Origin: Acaryochloris thomasi RCC1774
Lineage (GTDB): Bacteria > Cyanobacteriota > Cyanobacteriia > Thermosynechococcales > Thermosynechococcaceae
Length of the DNA stretch: 32,000 nt
Direction: 5' to 3'
NCBI RefSeq assembly: GCF_003231495.1
Contig: NZ_PQWO01000032.1
Span: 7,300-39,299 of the forward strand
Shown here: in pieces, positions 23,498-30,219 of the stretch
Layout: each line of letters starts with the position of its first letter
How positions within the stretch are numbered: position 1 is the stretch's first letter
The notes under the pieces: generated by a model
The model's database searches: none
Told to the model about the DNA's origin: nothing
Seen by the model: only the letters and a program-made list of their open reading frames with translations
Made by a program: the position numbers and the translations under genes

Positions 23498-24599
23498 GGT
23501 GTTCATTCGTAGGTTGTCTTGATGTGAAGGCTCTAACGGCACTGATTAAAAACAGTCCAATGAAGAGCCATTGAGAGGTATTCATTGCGGTTGAAGTGAT
23601 CTTTGAGAACCCAGGAATATCAAAGACATCTGATGTATTCAAAACTATTGGGCGCATGATGATTACTGTCCCTACACCGCAAGCCGCTGCTGCAGGGGTA
23701 GCAAATCTTGCGAGAGTGGTTTGCTCATCTTGTCTTGCGAGGGCGCTGATTTCCTCGTCCCGCGCTAATTGACTCTCCTCTTTCTTTGTGATGTCTGCAG
23801 GATCAGCCTCCTTAAGCGCTTGGAGTGCAGCATCTGCCGACTGAAAACGTCGTCCTAGAACATCATCGATCATCTTATCGAGGACATCTGCGAACTCTTC
23901 GCGGACTGGTTTCCCGGCCAGCTCAAGCCGCCACTGCAGAGCGCCGGTCATTGGGTCTGCTGCAATGCTCATTGGGCTGGTGCCAGTAAGCAGATGAATG
24001 CAAGTCATTCCCAGGCTATAGATATCACTAGCAAAGGTTGTTTTACCTCGCATCTGCTCAGTTGAGGCATAGCCCACTGAACCGATCATGGTGCCGGTTT
24101 TAGCTAGCACCGTCTCTGAAACTCGCTTTGCAGCTCCGAAGTCCACCAATACCAGCGCACCGTCGCTCTGTCGTCGAATGATGTTGGCGGGCTTGATATC
24201 GCGGTGAATGACCCCGCTGCCGTGCAAGTAGCGCAGTAGCGGCAAGATGCCCTTTAGTAGGCTGTCGATCTCCTCTTCAGTAAAAGTTTGACCTTTCTGG
24301 AGGCTTTGCTGCAGGCTTTCTCCAGCGATGTACTCTTGAACGATAAATAACCTGCTACCTTCCTCGAAGAAGTCGTAAAACTCGGGAATCTGGGGATGTG
24401 TGCCCACTTCTTTGAGTCGTTCGGCTTCTTGACGGAATAGCTGGGTGGCCTGCTCTGAAGCATTTTCCTGAGACGGCGCGAATTCTTTGATAACACAGCG
24501 CTTTCGGTTGCTGGACTCGGCCAGATACGTTTTTCCGAACCCGCCTTTGCCTAGCTCTCTGATGATTCGATAGTTGTTGAGCAAAATTGTTGAGTTCAT
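23487..24599 (-). CDS. Hanks-type Ser/Thr protein kinase with a C-terminal hydrophobic anchor (370 aa)
   Basis: LGKGGFGKTYLA (Gly loop), VIKEF (catalytic Lys), HRDIKPANII, DFGAAK and GSVGYASTEQ. ORF track gives 23487..24719. ATG 24599 lies 8 nt after the upstream stop. The C-terminus has the hydrophobic segments VGTVIIM and WLFIGLFLISAV. Confidence 0.85.
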   Translation of the reverse strand: MNSTILLNNYRIIRELGKGGFGKTYLAESSNRKRCVIKEFAPSQENASEQATQLFRQEAERLKEVGTHPQIPEFYDFFEEGSRLFIVQEYIAGESLQQSLQKGQTFTEEEIDSLLKGILPLLRYLHGSGVIHRDIKPANIIRRQSDGALVLVDFGAAKRVSETVLAKTGTMIGSVGYASTEQMRGKTTFASDIYSLGMTCIHLLTGTSPMSIAADPMTGALQWRLELAGKPVREEFADVLDKMIDDVLGRRFQSADAALQALKEADPADITKKEESQLARDEEISALARQDEQTTLARFATPAAAACGVGTVIIMRPIVLNTSDVFDIPGFSKITSTAMNTSQWLFIGLFLISAVRAFTSRQPTNEHHES

Positions 24600-24606
24600 G
24601 CTTTTT

Positions 24607-24903
24607 TTACTCGCTCTTTTGGGCTTGATGCTTCTTGACTTTTCCGGCCAGTGTCTTGAGTTGAGAGCGCAGCTCCTCAATACTTTGACACAGCCTTCGC
24701 TCCTCTCCTCGAAGCGCACTGAGAACAGTTGTCCGCGACATTTCCTTTACGGCTTTCCAGAGTAGTTCGTTGGCCTGCTGTGGCTTTGCTTGGGCGGCAT
24801 TTGTAAGCAAGCCAGAGATTAGGAGGCTTTGAGTTTCTGGCAGCAGCTCTAGATTGATATCAGCTTGCGTATGAGTAGCGGGGCTGTGCTTAATAGCCTG
24901 CAT
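24607..24903 (-). CDS. Hypothetical protein (98 aa) with a coiled-coil C-terminus
   Basis: ORF track gives 24607..24984. ATG 24903 gives a 14-nt overlap with the upstream gene. Confidence 0.45.
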   Translation of the reverse strand: MQAIKHSPATHTQADINLELLPETQSLLISGLLTNAAQAKPQQANELLWKAVKEMSRTTVLSALRGEERRLCQSIEELRSQLKTLAGKVKKHQAQKSE

Positions 24904-25117
24904 AATCAACCTCGCATGGCCTGATCTTGATTGGAATATCTTTGACTTGCAGGTGAGCGGAGTAATATCTCCAGGCATCATCACAGGCTCGAAGCTCAGC
25001 TCCTGGCTGCACTAGGTTTTCGTTGAGTGCTTGAGCGTTATTTGAAAGCTTTTCCAGTACGCTATCGAAAGGGACCGGAGCTTTTTTGACCTGATCGTTG
25101 ATTCGGAATTGCGCCAT
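24890..25117 (-). CDS. Small protein (75 aa) homologous to the N-terminus of 25176..25688
   Basis: ORF track gives 24890..25222. ATG 25117 follows AAGGAAAG and lies 31 nt after the TTGCAA of motif copy 7. ALNENLVQPGAELRA...AW..Y parallels ALNESLLAPDAHHRA...GW..Y. Confidence 0.55.
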   Translation of the reverse strand: MAQFRINDQVKKAPVPFDSVLEKLSNNAQALNENLVQPGAELRACDDAWRYYSAHLQVKDIPIKIRPCEVDYAGY

Positions 25118-25136
25118 TTGTCTTTCCTTGGGTCTT

Positions 25137-25172
25137 TCTACTTGTCTATTGCAACTGCGGCAAAAAGCTGTT
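25137..25172 (-). promoter_or_regulatory. Copy 7 of the bipartite motif, heading the kinase operon
   Basis: The minus strand reads AACAGCTTTTTGCCGCAGTTGCAATAGACAAGTAGA. TTGCAA is at 25154-25149. It starts 4 nt after the stop of the upstream gene. Confidence 0.6.
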
Positions 25173-25175
25173 GAT

Positions 25176-25688
25176 TCACGCTGTAGCCTGTCCATAAAAA
25201 CGGCTGGCTTGACCTGCGGCATTCCCCTGGCAAACGCTAGCCCACTCCTCGAACAGCTTCCGCTCTGCCACAGTCCACGGCAGCATCCGCCGCAGGTCCG
25301 CTAGCGCTTCCCTGGCTTGCCAGTGCTCAGAGAAGTAGCCCTCGACCATTGCCCAGTTGCAGAGCACTACGTCTCTGAACGTCCGGGCTTCGTGAGGCGT
25401 GAGCTTCCCCGAAATCGGCGGTAAACCTTCGTCTAAACAAAAGCCGATCAGGTCATCGCGAGTATAGCCAGTGAACCCCTTCAGCAATCGCCAGTCAACT
25501 ACAGCCGTCTTGGGCTGACTTGGGTTCAACTGCTGCTGGTACTGCTGCCAGCCTGCAGCCGTAGCGCGGTGGTGGGCATCGGGGGCCAGAAGTGATTCGT
25601 TAAGAGCGATCGCATCTTGCTTGAGCGGCACGATCACTTGTGAGAAGGCTCTGGAATACTTTGGTACCTTTTCGTCGAGGAAGCTCAT
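25176..25688 (-). CDS. Hypothetical protein (170 aa), last gene of operon B
   Basis: ATGA overlap with the upstream gene. No family recognised. Confidence 0.6.
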   Translation of the reverse strand: MSFLDEKVPKYSRAFSQVIVPLKQDAIALNESLLAPDAHHRATAAGWQQYQQQLNPSQPKTAVVDWRLLKGFTGYTRDDLIGFCLDEGLPPISGKLTPHEARTFRDVVLCNWAMVEGYFSEHWQAREALADLRRMLPWTVAERKLFEEWASVCQGNAAGQASRFYGQATA

Positions 25689-26173
25689 GCCCTCACCCCC
25701 TGAGCTGCCCGAACGTTAGCGATCGCCTGCCCAGCGACGGCTCTCCAGTCGGTGTTCTCGTCCCACTCCAGAAAGATGCGCTTGTACCCTAACCAGACAT
25801 TGCAGAACAAGACAGATTCATCCTGCGTTCCTGGCTGCGCTTCCAGGGTGACGGGCTGCTGCAGTTGAGCCGGTGTTAGACTTGCGATCGCAACTAGAAA
25901 GCTTTTGGCGAACGTAGAATCATGGCCGCATTCAATGACGACGGGGCGGTGCGCGGCAAGGGTGATATTGAGTTTGCAGCACTCCTTGCCTCGCCGCTCA
26001 ACCTTCGGAAACTCGATGGCCTTTAGATAGCCGGTGAGGGACGGTCGAAGCTCTTGTGGCTCACTATCAACGAGCTGGAACCAGAGCTTATTGCCATTGG
26101 CTCTGTGGGCATAGAGATAGAGGGTACGGAGTGATTCTCCAAATCCTAGGGGTCTGTGATGGAGCGTCTGCAT
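25685..26173 (-). CDS. Hypothetical protein (162 aa)
   Basis: It starts 3 nt after the upstream stop and is tightly packed in the operon. Confidence 0.6.
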   Translation of the reverse strand: MQTLHHRPLGFGESLRTLYLYAHRANGNKLWFQLVDSEPQELRPSLTGYLKAIEFPKVERRGKECCKLNITLAAHRPVVIECGHDSTFAKSFLVAIASLTPAQLQQPVTLEAQPGTQDESVLFCNVWLGYKRIFLEWDENTDWRAVAGQAIANVRAAQGVRA

Positions 26174-26176
26174 TGT

Positions 26177-26398
26177 TCAAATCTCCTTTGCTTCGATAGT
26201 GATGAGTTGCTGTCTGGCTCCCTGCATAAGAGCTGGGATTTCTAGCAGGTGTAGAGCAGACGACGGGCACAGGAGCGCTGCACCCCTGGCCGTGATATGA
26301 CCGCTTTCGAGTAGGCTATTAAGCTGGCCCACGGTGACGAGCGAAACAACATTTTCGGGGTCGCTCTGTAGCTGTGGCGGTAGGTTTAATGAATGCAT
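26177..26398 (-). CDS. Hypothetical small protein (73 aa)
   Basis: ORF track gives 26177..26518. ATG 26398 follows GAAGGA and avoids overlapping the upstream gene. Confidence 0.45.
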   Translation of the reverse strand: MHSLNLPPQLQSDPENVVSLVTVGQLNSLLESGHITARGAALLCPSSALHLLEIPALMQGARQQLITIEAKEI

Positions 26399-26481
26399 GT
26401 CAGTGAGTCCTTCTGATTGGATAAATATTTCTGTGCTGGGTGGCCGCGAGAGAGTTGAGATCGCAAGTAAAACCCCAGCAA

Positions 26482-26856
26482 TCACGAGCCTTCGTATTCC
26501 GAGGGCAGCATCAGACAACCCTCGACAACGAATAGCTCTAGTTCAGGTAGGGGGAAGGCTGTAGCCCGGACTTGACGGCCAAACTCTGGAGATGTGTTGA
26601 GCCTATCCCTGTAGCAAAACAGGACAGGAGTGCTGCCATTGTGGAATTTCCAGCATTGGAACTGCTGTAGTTCTTTGCTCTCTGTAATGCTGGTGCCTTT
26701 TTGGTGAGATGAGATCGCAAGTACTAACCACTCAATTTCAAGCTTTTCAATGGTGTATAGAATTCCATCTGTGTATAAAAGGCCAGTGAAATGTCGATGG
26801 CGGGTTGGGCTAGGCTGAAACTGCCTGAGCCGTTGCTCAAGTTCTTTCGGTTTCAT
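26482..26856 (-). CDS. Hypothetical protein (124 aa), tandem paralogue of 26933..27310
   Basis: It shares LYT(D/E)G, W(L/V)..AI.SHQK, LQ.FQ.W and L.L(F/Y)...G.L(M/L)LPSE(Y/H) with its neighbour. AGGAG RBS present. Confidence 0.7.
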   Translation of the reverse strand: MKPKELEQRLRQFQPSPTRHRHFTGLLYTDGILYTIEKLEIEWLVLAISSHQKGTSITESKELQQFQCWKFHNGSTPVLFCYRDRLNTSPEFGRQVRATAFPLPELELFVVEGCLMLPSEYEGS

Positions 26857-26932
26857 GTGTCTTACTCCTGTATGGCCCTTGCAGTGGTCGGGCGTTTGTA
26901 TTGCTGCGGGGGCGCTATGGCCCCCAATAGCT
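26857..26932 (-). repeat. Intercistronic module copy B3
   Basis: GGGGGC/GCCCCC hairpin at 26908-26925. ATACAGGAGTAAGACAC precedes the ATG. Confidence 0.6.
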
Positions 26933-27310
26933 TTAGTGTTCGGAGGGAAGCAGTAGCGTTCCTTGCTCCAGATAGAGCTTGATGCTCTCTAGAGGAAAGT
27001 TCGTCATCGGTATGAGTTGTGTGATCGCAGGTTCGCAGGTGCTGGGGCTGTCTTCGTAGCAGGCTAGGACTGCGCTTTTGTCCTTATTGACTGTGAGTGT
27101 CCAGAGCTGGAACTCTTGTAAATCAGGGTTGTATATGATCTGATAGCTTTTCTGGTGAGATGCGATCGCATCGATGAGCCAATGTGCTCCAGCCTCGTCA
27201 GCCAGCGTTTTGACGCCTTCTGTGTATAAGATTTTCAGCCAATGCTTATACAGCGTTTCGCTGCCAATGCATTGCGCGAGTTCTGCCTGTAGCTTTTCTG
27301 CTGTAATCAT
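26933..27310 (-). CDS. Hypothetical protein (125 aa), tandem paralogue of 26482..26856
   Basis: See the paralogue entry. An AAGGAA RBS lies in the conserved module. Confidence 0.7.
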   Translation of the reverse strand: MITAEKLQAELAQCIGSETLYKHWLKILYTEGVKTLADEAGAHWLIDAIASHQKSYQIIYNPDLQEFQLWTLTVNKDKSAVLACYEDSPSTCEPAITQLIPMTNFPLESIKLYLEQGTLLLPSEH

Positions 27311-27373
27311 TTGTATTCCTTTCCCTGTAGCGATGGGTTTACGGTCTGGACGCGACTCATATCCGACCTGTGC
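27311..27373 (-). repeat. Intercistronic module copy B2 (different hairpin)
   Basis: It keeps CCGTAAACCCATCGCTACAGGGAAAGGAA. The GC hairpin is replaced by GGTCGGA...TCCAGACC. Confidence 0.6.
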
Positions 27374-27703
27374 TTAGCCTTGGTCTTGTTGAGCCGCGCA
27401 ATAGTATTCGTCTATCGTCTGCATCTTGCCGATGTACAGCCCGAGTGCTCTTTCCCATTGCGGAATGAGGTATTGCTGTTGCCACTGTGTTGGTTGCTTA
27501 ATGCCCTTCTCGAAGCTTAAAAGGTTGTCGATAACCCGCTGGCAGTTTTCAACAATGCCGTATGCACCATGAGCTATCCAGTGCTTGTCACCGTTGGCGG
27601 AGAGCTTTGTCTCAAGTTCAGAGCCAGTATCGTCTTCGCTTGTTAGAGCCAAAAGCTCGTCAATTGAGTGGGAGAGGGTGTTGATAAAATCCGTGGCTTT
27701 CAT
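27374..27703 (-). CDS. Hypothetical protein (109 aa)
   Basis: GGAG RBS in the conserved module. No family recognised. Confidence 0.6.
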   Translation of the reverse strand: MKATDFINTLSHSIDELLALTSEDDTGSELETKLSANGDKHWIAHGAYGIVENCQRVIDNLLSFEKGIKQPTQWQQQYLIPQWERALGLYIGKMQTIDEYYCAAQQDQG

Positions 27704-27780
27704 GGGTCTTTCTCCTTTTCCCTGTAGCGATGGGTTTACGGAAGTGATGCGGCGGGGCGCTATGGCCCCTGTTGTTTGCG
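27704..27780 (-). repeat. Intercistronic module copy B1
   Basis: GGGGC/GCCCC hairpin at 27754-27769, then CACTTCCGTAAACCCATCGCTACAGGGAAAAGGAGAAA. It is nearly identical to copy A1. Confidence 0.7.
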
Positions 27781-27978
27781 TTAGTAGGTCCGCATGAAGC
27801 GAACGAATTCAGACGAATCGTTCATGTAATGGGGATCTATCTCCAGGCAATTGTCGAAGTAGTTTGCGATAGCTTGGTCTGGTGATTTGCCCGTGCTGAC
27901 TGCGAATATCTCAGGGTCATCGTTGGAATCTGAGGCAGTCCAGGTGCATGGTATTGGTGCGGCTGCAACGTTAAGCAT
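27781..27978 (-). CDS. Small acidic protein (65 aa), paralogue of 14568..14762
   Basis: ORF track gives 27781..28158. ATG 27978 follows GGAGAA, and the alignment with the 64-aa paralogue starts there. Confidence 0.65.
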   Translation of the reverse strand: MLNVAAAPIPCTWTASDSNDDPEIFAVSTGKSPDQAIANYFDNCLEIDPHYMNDSSEFVRFMRTY

Positions 27979-28055
27979 TAGTATTCTCCGGTTGTACCCC
28001 TGTAGCGCTGGGGTTTGCAATAGTGAGGCGATGGGGGCGCTGCGGCCCCCTTTGG
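27979..28055 (-). repeat. Intercistronic module copy B4
   Basis: GGGGGC/GCCCCC hairpin at 28033-28050. CAGCGCTACAGGGGTACAACCGGAGAA precedes the ATG. Confidence 0.6.
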
Positions 28056-28334
28056 CTAAAACTGATCGTCGATGGCTGCGATACGGTCGTCGGCTGCGGT
28101 TTCCCACTCGGGGCAGTAGAGTTCGATAAGGTTGGGGGAAACGCTGCCTATAGTGCAATTGGCTTCAACCCAGGCTTTGATGCGTTGGACGTAACCACCT
28201 TTGCGCTCACAGGCGAAGAGATAATCTTCGCGGACCATACGCCCGTGGTCGCGGTCGAACTGCTCGACGCAGGCAGTGACGGAGAAGAGTTGCGACTGCT
28301 GGGCTGTTGCAGGGGCGAGAGTTATTAATGACAT
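28056..28334 (-). CDS. Hypothetical protein (92 aa), first gene of operon B
   Basis: ORF track gives 28056..28439. ATG 28334 follows AGGAG. The upstream part overlaps the conserved leader. Confidence 0.55.
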   Translation of the reverse strand: MSLITLAPATAQQSQLFSVTACVEQFDRDHGRMVREDYLFACERKGGYVQRIKAWVEANCTIGSVSPNLIELYCPEWETAADDRIAAIDDQF

Positions 28335-28370
28335 AATGAAAATCTCCTGATTTGTCGTTGGGAGTGCATT

Positions 28371-28406
28371 GGCATCGCTTGTTTCTTGGTGGGAGTAGGC
28401 GATGTC
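28371..28406 (-). other. Conserved 5'-leader element of operon B, homologous to 15130-15164
   Basis: GGCATCGC...TTTCTTGGTGGGAG...GCGATGTC aligns with GGCATCGC...CTTCTTGGTCGGAG...GCGATGCC in operon A. Confidence 0.5.
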
Positions 28407-28427
28407 TTTGCCGTATGTATGTATAAT

Positions 28428-28456
28428 AGCATAAAGCACTGTGTACAGTGAATCAA
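28428..28456 (-). promoter_or_regulatory. Candidate operon B promoter with an inverted-repeat operator in the spacer
   Basis: The minus strand reads TTGATT (28456-28451), 17 nt, TATGCT (28433-28428). The spacer carries CACTGT-xx-ACAGTG (28437-28450). This is the same layout as operon A. Confidence 0.5.
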
Positions 28457-28515
28457 TCTGTGTTTTGTTTCGTTTGTTTACATAGGCCGATAGTGTTAGG
28501 CTATAGCTGTCGAAT

Positions 28516-28525
28516 CACTGTGTAC
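28516..28525 (+). promoter_or_regulatory. Second copy of the operator half-site (CACTGTGTAC) just before the RHH gene start
   Basis: It is identical to the first 10 nt of the operator at 28437-28450 and ends 4 nt before ATG 28530. Confidence 0.4.
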
Positions 28526-28529
28526 GGCA

Positions 28530-28727
28530 ATGCCGAACCCGAAAGGAAATACTGAAAGCCTCAAGCATTTTGCTCGGGGGGATGATTCTAAGGAGCCGCT
28601 TGCGGATCAGCCTGTGCAGGTTCGCTTACCTGTTTCCCTTGATGCCAAGGTGCGTGCGCTTCAAAATCGAACGGCCTGGATGCGTAAGGTGTTAATTGAA
28701 GCTGCAGAGCGTGAGGGGCTGATATGA
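28530..28727 (+). CDS. Ribbon-helix-helix-like small regulator (65 aa)
   Basis: VQVRLPVSLDAKVRAL...RTAWMRKVLIEAAEREG has the strand-helix-helix pattern of CopG/Arc-type proteins. It is divergent from operon B. No clear RBS. Confidence 0.55.
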   Translation: MPNPKGNTESLKHFARGDDSKEPLADQPVQVRLPVSLDAKVRALQNRTAWMRKVLIEAAEREGLI

Positions 28728-28984
28728 CAGCATCAACACCGAACGATAACTCCACCGAACAGCAGTTGCTTGCCAAGCTTGAGGTTATCTCTAAGCAGCT
28801 TGAGCAAAATAAGAAGCAGCTCAAGCAAAATCAACAGCAGTTTGAGTTATTTGAGCAGCGCAGTAAGTGGGATGATCGGGCGTGGCGCGTGATTCAGTTT
28901 GCTGGCGGTGCGTCGATTACTCTCTCTGTTGCTGCATCCTTAGGGCTTTTGTTCCTGATTGCGCGTGTTGCTTTTGGCGGCTAA
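28724..28984 (+). CDS. Small coiled-coil protein with a C-terminal transmembrane helix (86 aa)
   Basis: ATGA overlap with the regulator gene. TM segment: ITLSVAASLGLLFLIARVAF. Confidence 0.55.
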   Translation: MTASTPNDNSTEQQLLAKLEVISKQLEQNKKQLKQNQQQFELFEQRSKWDDRAWRVIQFAGGASITLSVAASLGLLFLIARVAFGG

Positions 28985-28988
28985 CACC

Positions 28989-29228
28989 ATGACCCCTCAG
29001 GATTTTATTCAGGCCGAAGGTATCGAAAACGTACTCACCGCCGCCATAGAACACGCTGAGATCAAAGCCATGCTCTACGGCTCATTGGGCGATACGGATA
29101 ACTACCGTTACTGGGTAAAGGTTTGGTGGTCGTTAGCCTCAGCTTGTGATCGCATGATCACAGATTTTGATACAGATGAGGCGCTGTCGGCGTGGCAAGA
29201 ACATCAGGGGTTGCGCTCGGAGATCTGA
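28989..29228 (+). CDS. Hypothetical small protein (79 aa) whose 3' end is repeated downstream
   Basis: ORF track gives 28959..29228. ATG 28989 lies 4 nt after the upstream stop. Its last ~26 codons recur at 30871-30952 and 30959-31042. Confidence 0.5.
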   Translation: MTPQDFIQAEGIENVLTAAIEHAEIKAMLYGSLGDTDNYRYWVKVWWSLASACDRMITDFDTDEALSAWQEHQGLRSEI

Positions 29229-29266
29229 GGAGTTGTGATCGCAAAGTTAGAGGGGATGCCTTTGGC

Positions 29267-29803
29267 CTATAGTTCGTCAAAAGCATTTAATAGTTGTTGT
29301 ACTCGCTCAACTCGCTCTGTTGATTTATCGATCATTAATGAAGAGCTGGAGAGGCTGTAATCGAGCTGTAGAAAATCACTCTCAGTAATTGTCCTTTGAT
29401 AGAGGCGAGAAAGAGTCTGTTTACACTCCGAAATTTGCTGGTCAATTTCAGAGGCTTGATTCTCCAAACTTTTCTCAGGGTAGGCTCTCCCTGCTAGAAC
29501 CCATCTGTTTGCTTTCCTGGATACGTATTCAAGCTCTTCCTTTTGTTCTTGTAATGAAATCACTGATTCTACAATAGGTTTGCCTGCTAATAAGATGATT
29601 CTGGCAATATTTTGAGAGCATTTTTTGATATCAAAATACTCATCGATTATGTCGCGGTATCGGTAAACATCTGTGTCGCCAGTGTTATATTTTCCAACGA
29701 ATCCAACCTTATTACTCCAATCTAATTCAAAAATGAATCCGTGTTCGTTTGGATTGCTTCTGCAAACAATCTCCCAAGAGATGTATCGTTTCTTCCAGAA
29801 CAT
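29267..29803 (-). CDS. Hypothetical protein (178 aa) in an AT-rich cassette
   Basis: It is a long ORF in a visibly AT-richer segment. No family recognised. Confidence 0.55.
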   Translation of the reverse strand: MFWKKRYISWEIVCRSNPNEHGFIFELDWSNKVGFVGKYNTGDTDVYRYRDIIDEYFDIKKCSQNIARIILLAGKPIVESVISLQEQKEELEYVSRKANRWVLAGRAYPEKSLENQASEIDQQISECKQTLSRLYQRTITESDFLQLDYSLSSSSLMIDKSTERVERVQQLLNAFDEL

Positions 29804-29839
29804 AGTTTTGCCTCAGAAAATTAGTAATAAATACAGGTC

Positions 29840-30178
29840 TTACTCAATTTCTTTGACCACCGTTACTTTTCGTCCTTCGACTGACTTATACCCTCGCCGT
29901 TGTAAAAATGCTTGGTACCATTCGTTTGGAATTTCTAAATCCCGATTATAGGTGTAGATCTTCTTCACGCCCTGGCTTTTCAGGAAATCTTCGCAACATC
30001 CCCAGAGCTGATTCATCAAGACTTCGTGGCCGATGCGTCCTTTGATCTCGCCCTCAAAAAATGCCTCCCACAACACCCCGACCTCTCCGCCCCACCAGAG
30101 CTGAGCGCAGCCGCAGTCTTTTAAGATCACTGGGATACTATGGACGCCGGTAACTTTCCCTGGTCCACTGTGAGGCAT
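29840..30178 (-). CDS. Short GNAT-like acetyltransferase (112 aa)
   Basis: GEIKGRIGHEVLMNQL resembles the acetyl-CoA-binding Q/RxxGxG/A segment. The C-terminus WYQAFLQRRGYKSV resembles the typical GNAT end. It is shorter than usual GNATs, so it may be N-terminally truncated. Confidence 0.45.
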   Translation of the reverse strand: MPHSGPGKVTGVHSIPVILKDCGCAQLWWGGEVGVLWEAFFEGEIKGRIGHEVLMNQLWGCCEDFLKSQGVKKIYTYNRDLEIPNEWYQAFLQRRGYKSVEGRKVTVVKEIE

Positions 30179-30219
30179 AGCTACCCCGATGATGGGCTGC
30201 GGCCAGGGCAGGACCGGCT

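Noticed and set aside
28013-28024. A possible extra copy of the TTGCAATAG motif half.
   Set aside because: It lacks the ACAGCT half and the TAGATA tail. It lies inside an intercistronic module of a minus-strand operon, with no plus-strand gene downstream.
14495-28055. The intercistronic modules might be integron attC sites. ACCCAAC fits the inverse core RYYYAAC, and GTTGGGT on the other strand fits GTTRRRY.
   Set aside because: Only one core-like heptamer is present per module. It sits next to the following RBS rather than directly after the stop codon, where attC places the inverse core, and there is no paired complementary core at the other end of the module. No integrase is present in the window. 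The match is probably coincidental.
14495-28055. The repeated GC-rich elements might form a CRISPR array.
   Set aside because: The repeats are separated by 200-380 bp protein-coding genes with RBS, not by 30-40 bp spacers. No cas genes are visible.
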